Source: Octopus vulgaris
Taxonomy: Eukaryota
Reading direction: 5' to 3'
NCBI GenBank assembly: GCA_951406725.2
Contig: OX597838.1
Coordinates: 16,616,001 to 16,680,000 of the forward strand
DNA length: 64,000 nt
Below, piece by piece: positions 63,671 to 64,000 of this stretch (position 1 is its first letter; each line of letters opens with the position of its first letter). The translations under genes and the position numbers were made by a program. Under the pieces are notes generated by a model. The model did not search any database, was not told the DNA's origin, and saw only the letters and a list, made by a program, of their open reading frames with translations.

Positions 63671-64000
63671 TCTTTAAAGTATAGAGTTGAATTTCGTGTA
63701 ACCACCTGTTGGCAACTTTTCTCCACCACTCATTTTGTAGGGGGTATTACCCATTTTTCTGGGCTCTTTTCACAGCTATACCCCATTGGAAATTTGCAGT
63801 AATTTTTGTATGGAAACAAAAAAAAGGAAGGGAGGGTTGCTTGTTTGTAGTTTATAGAGGAAACATTAAACGGTGCCTAAAAAAAAACATGTTCTTTTCC
63901 CCCAACTAAAAGACATGAAGAACTTAATCTATTTCTCTAAATCTCTCTTTTCCCCCTCCCTCCCCACTCCCTCCTCTATGTCCCCCCCTTGCCTCTAACT

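Overview
AT-rich, repeat-saturated animal DNA. The SINE families and microsatellite load look like a coleoid cephalopod, most likely Octopus (recognition, not a database result). No intact long CDS, rRNA, true tRNA gene or CRISPR array is visible. Nearly all listed ORFs are microsatellite or SINE translations. Identifiable content: several tRNA-derived SINE families (my working labels: A = CORE-like with an internal (TA)n(TG)n tract; B = Meta/MESC-domain; C = (GAT)n-tailed); decayed mariner and hAT transposases; CR1-group, RTE and CRE LINE fragments; Helitron, piggyBac, hAT and GG-ended 8-bp-TSD MITEs; two local tandem arrays (247 bp and 184 bp); long palindromes; and two Penelope-type remnants with degenerate minimal hammerhead motifs. 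Hand-read splice signals suggest a multi-exon minus-strand lncRNA or micropeptide transcript at about 1.1-10.1 kb, a signal-peptide-like first exon at 17.3-17.6 kb, and a phase-compatible two-exon 3' end at 57.8-59.1 kb. All gene models are unverified, and most repeat boundaries are approximate.
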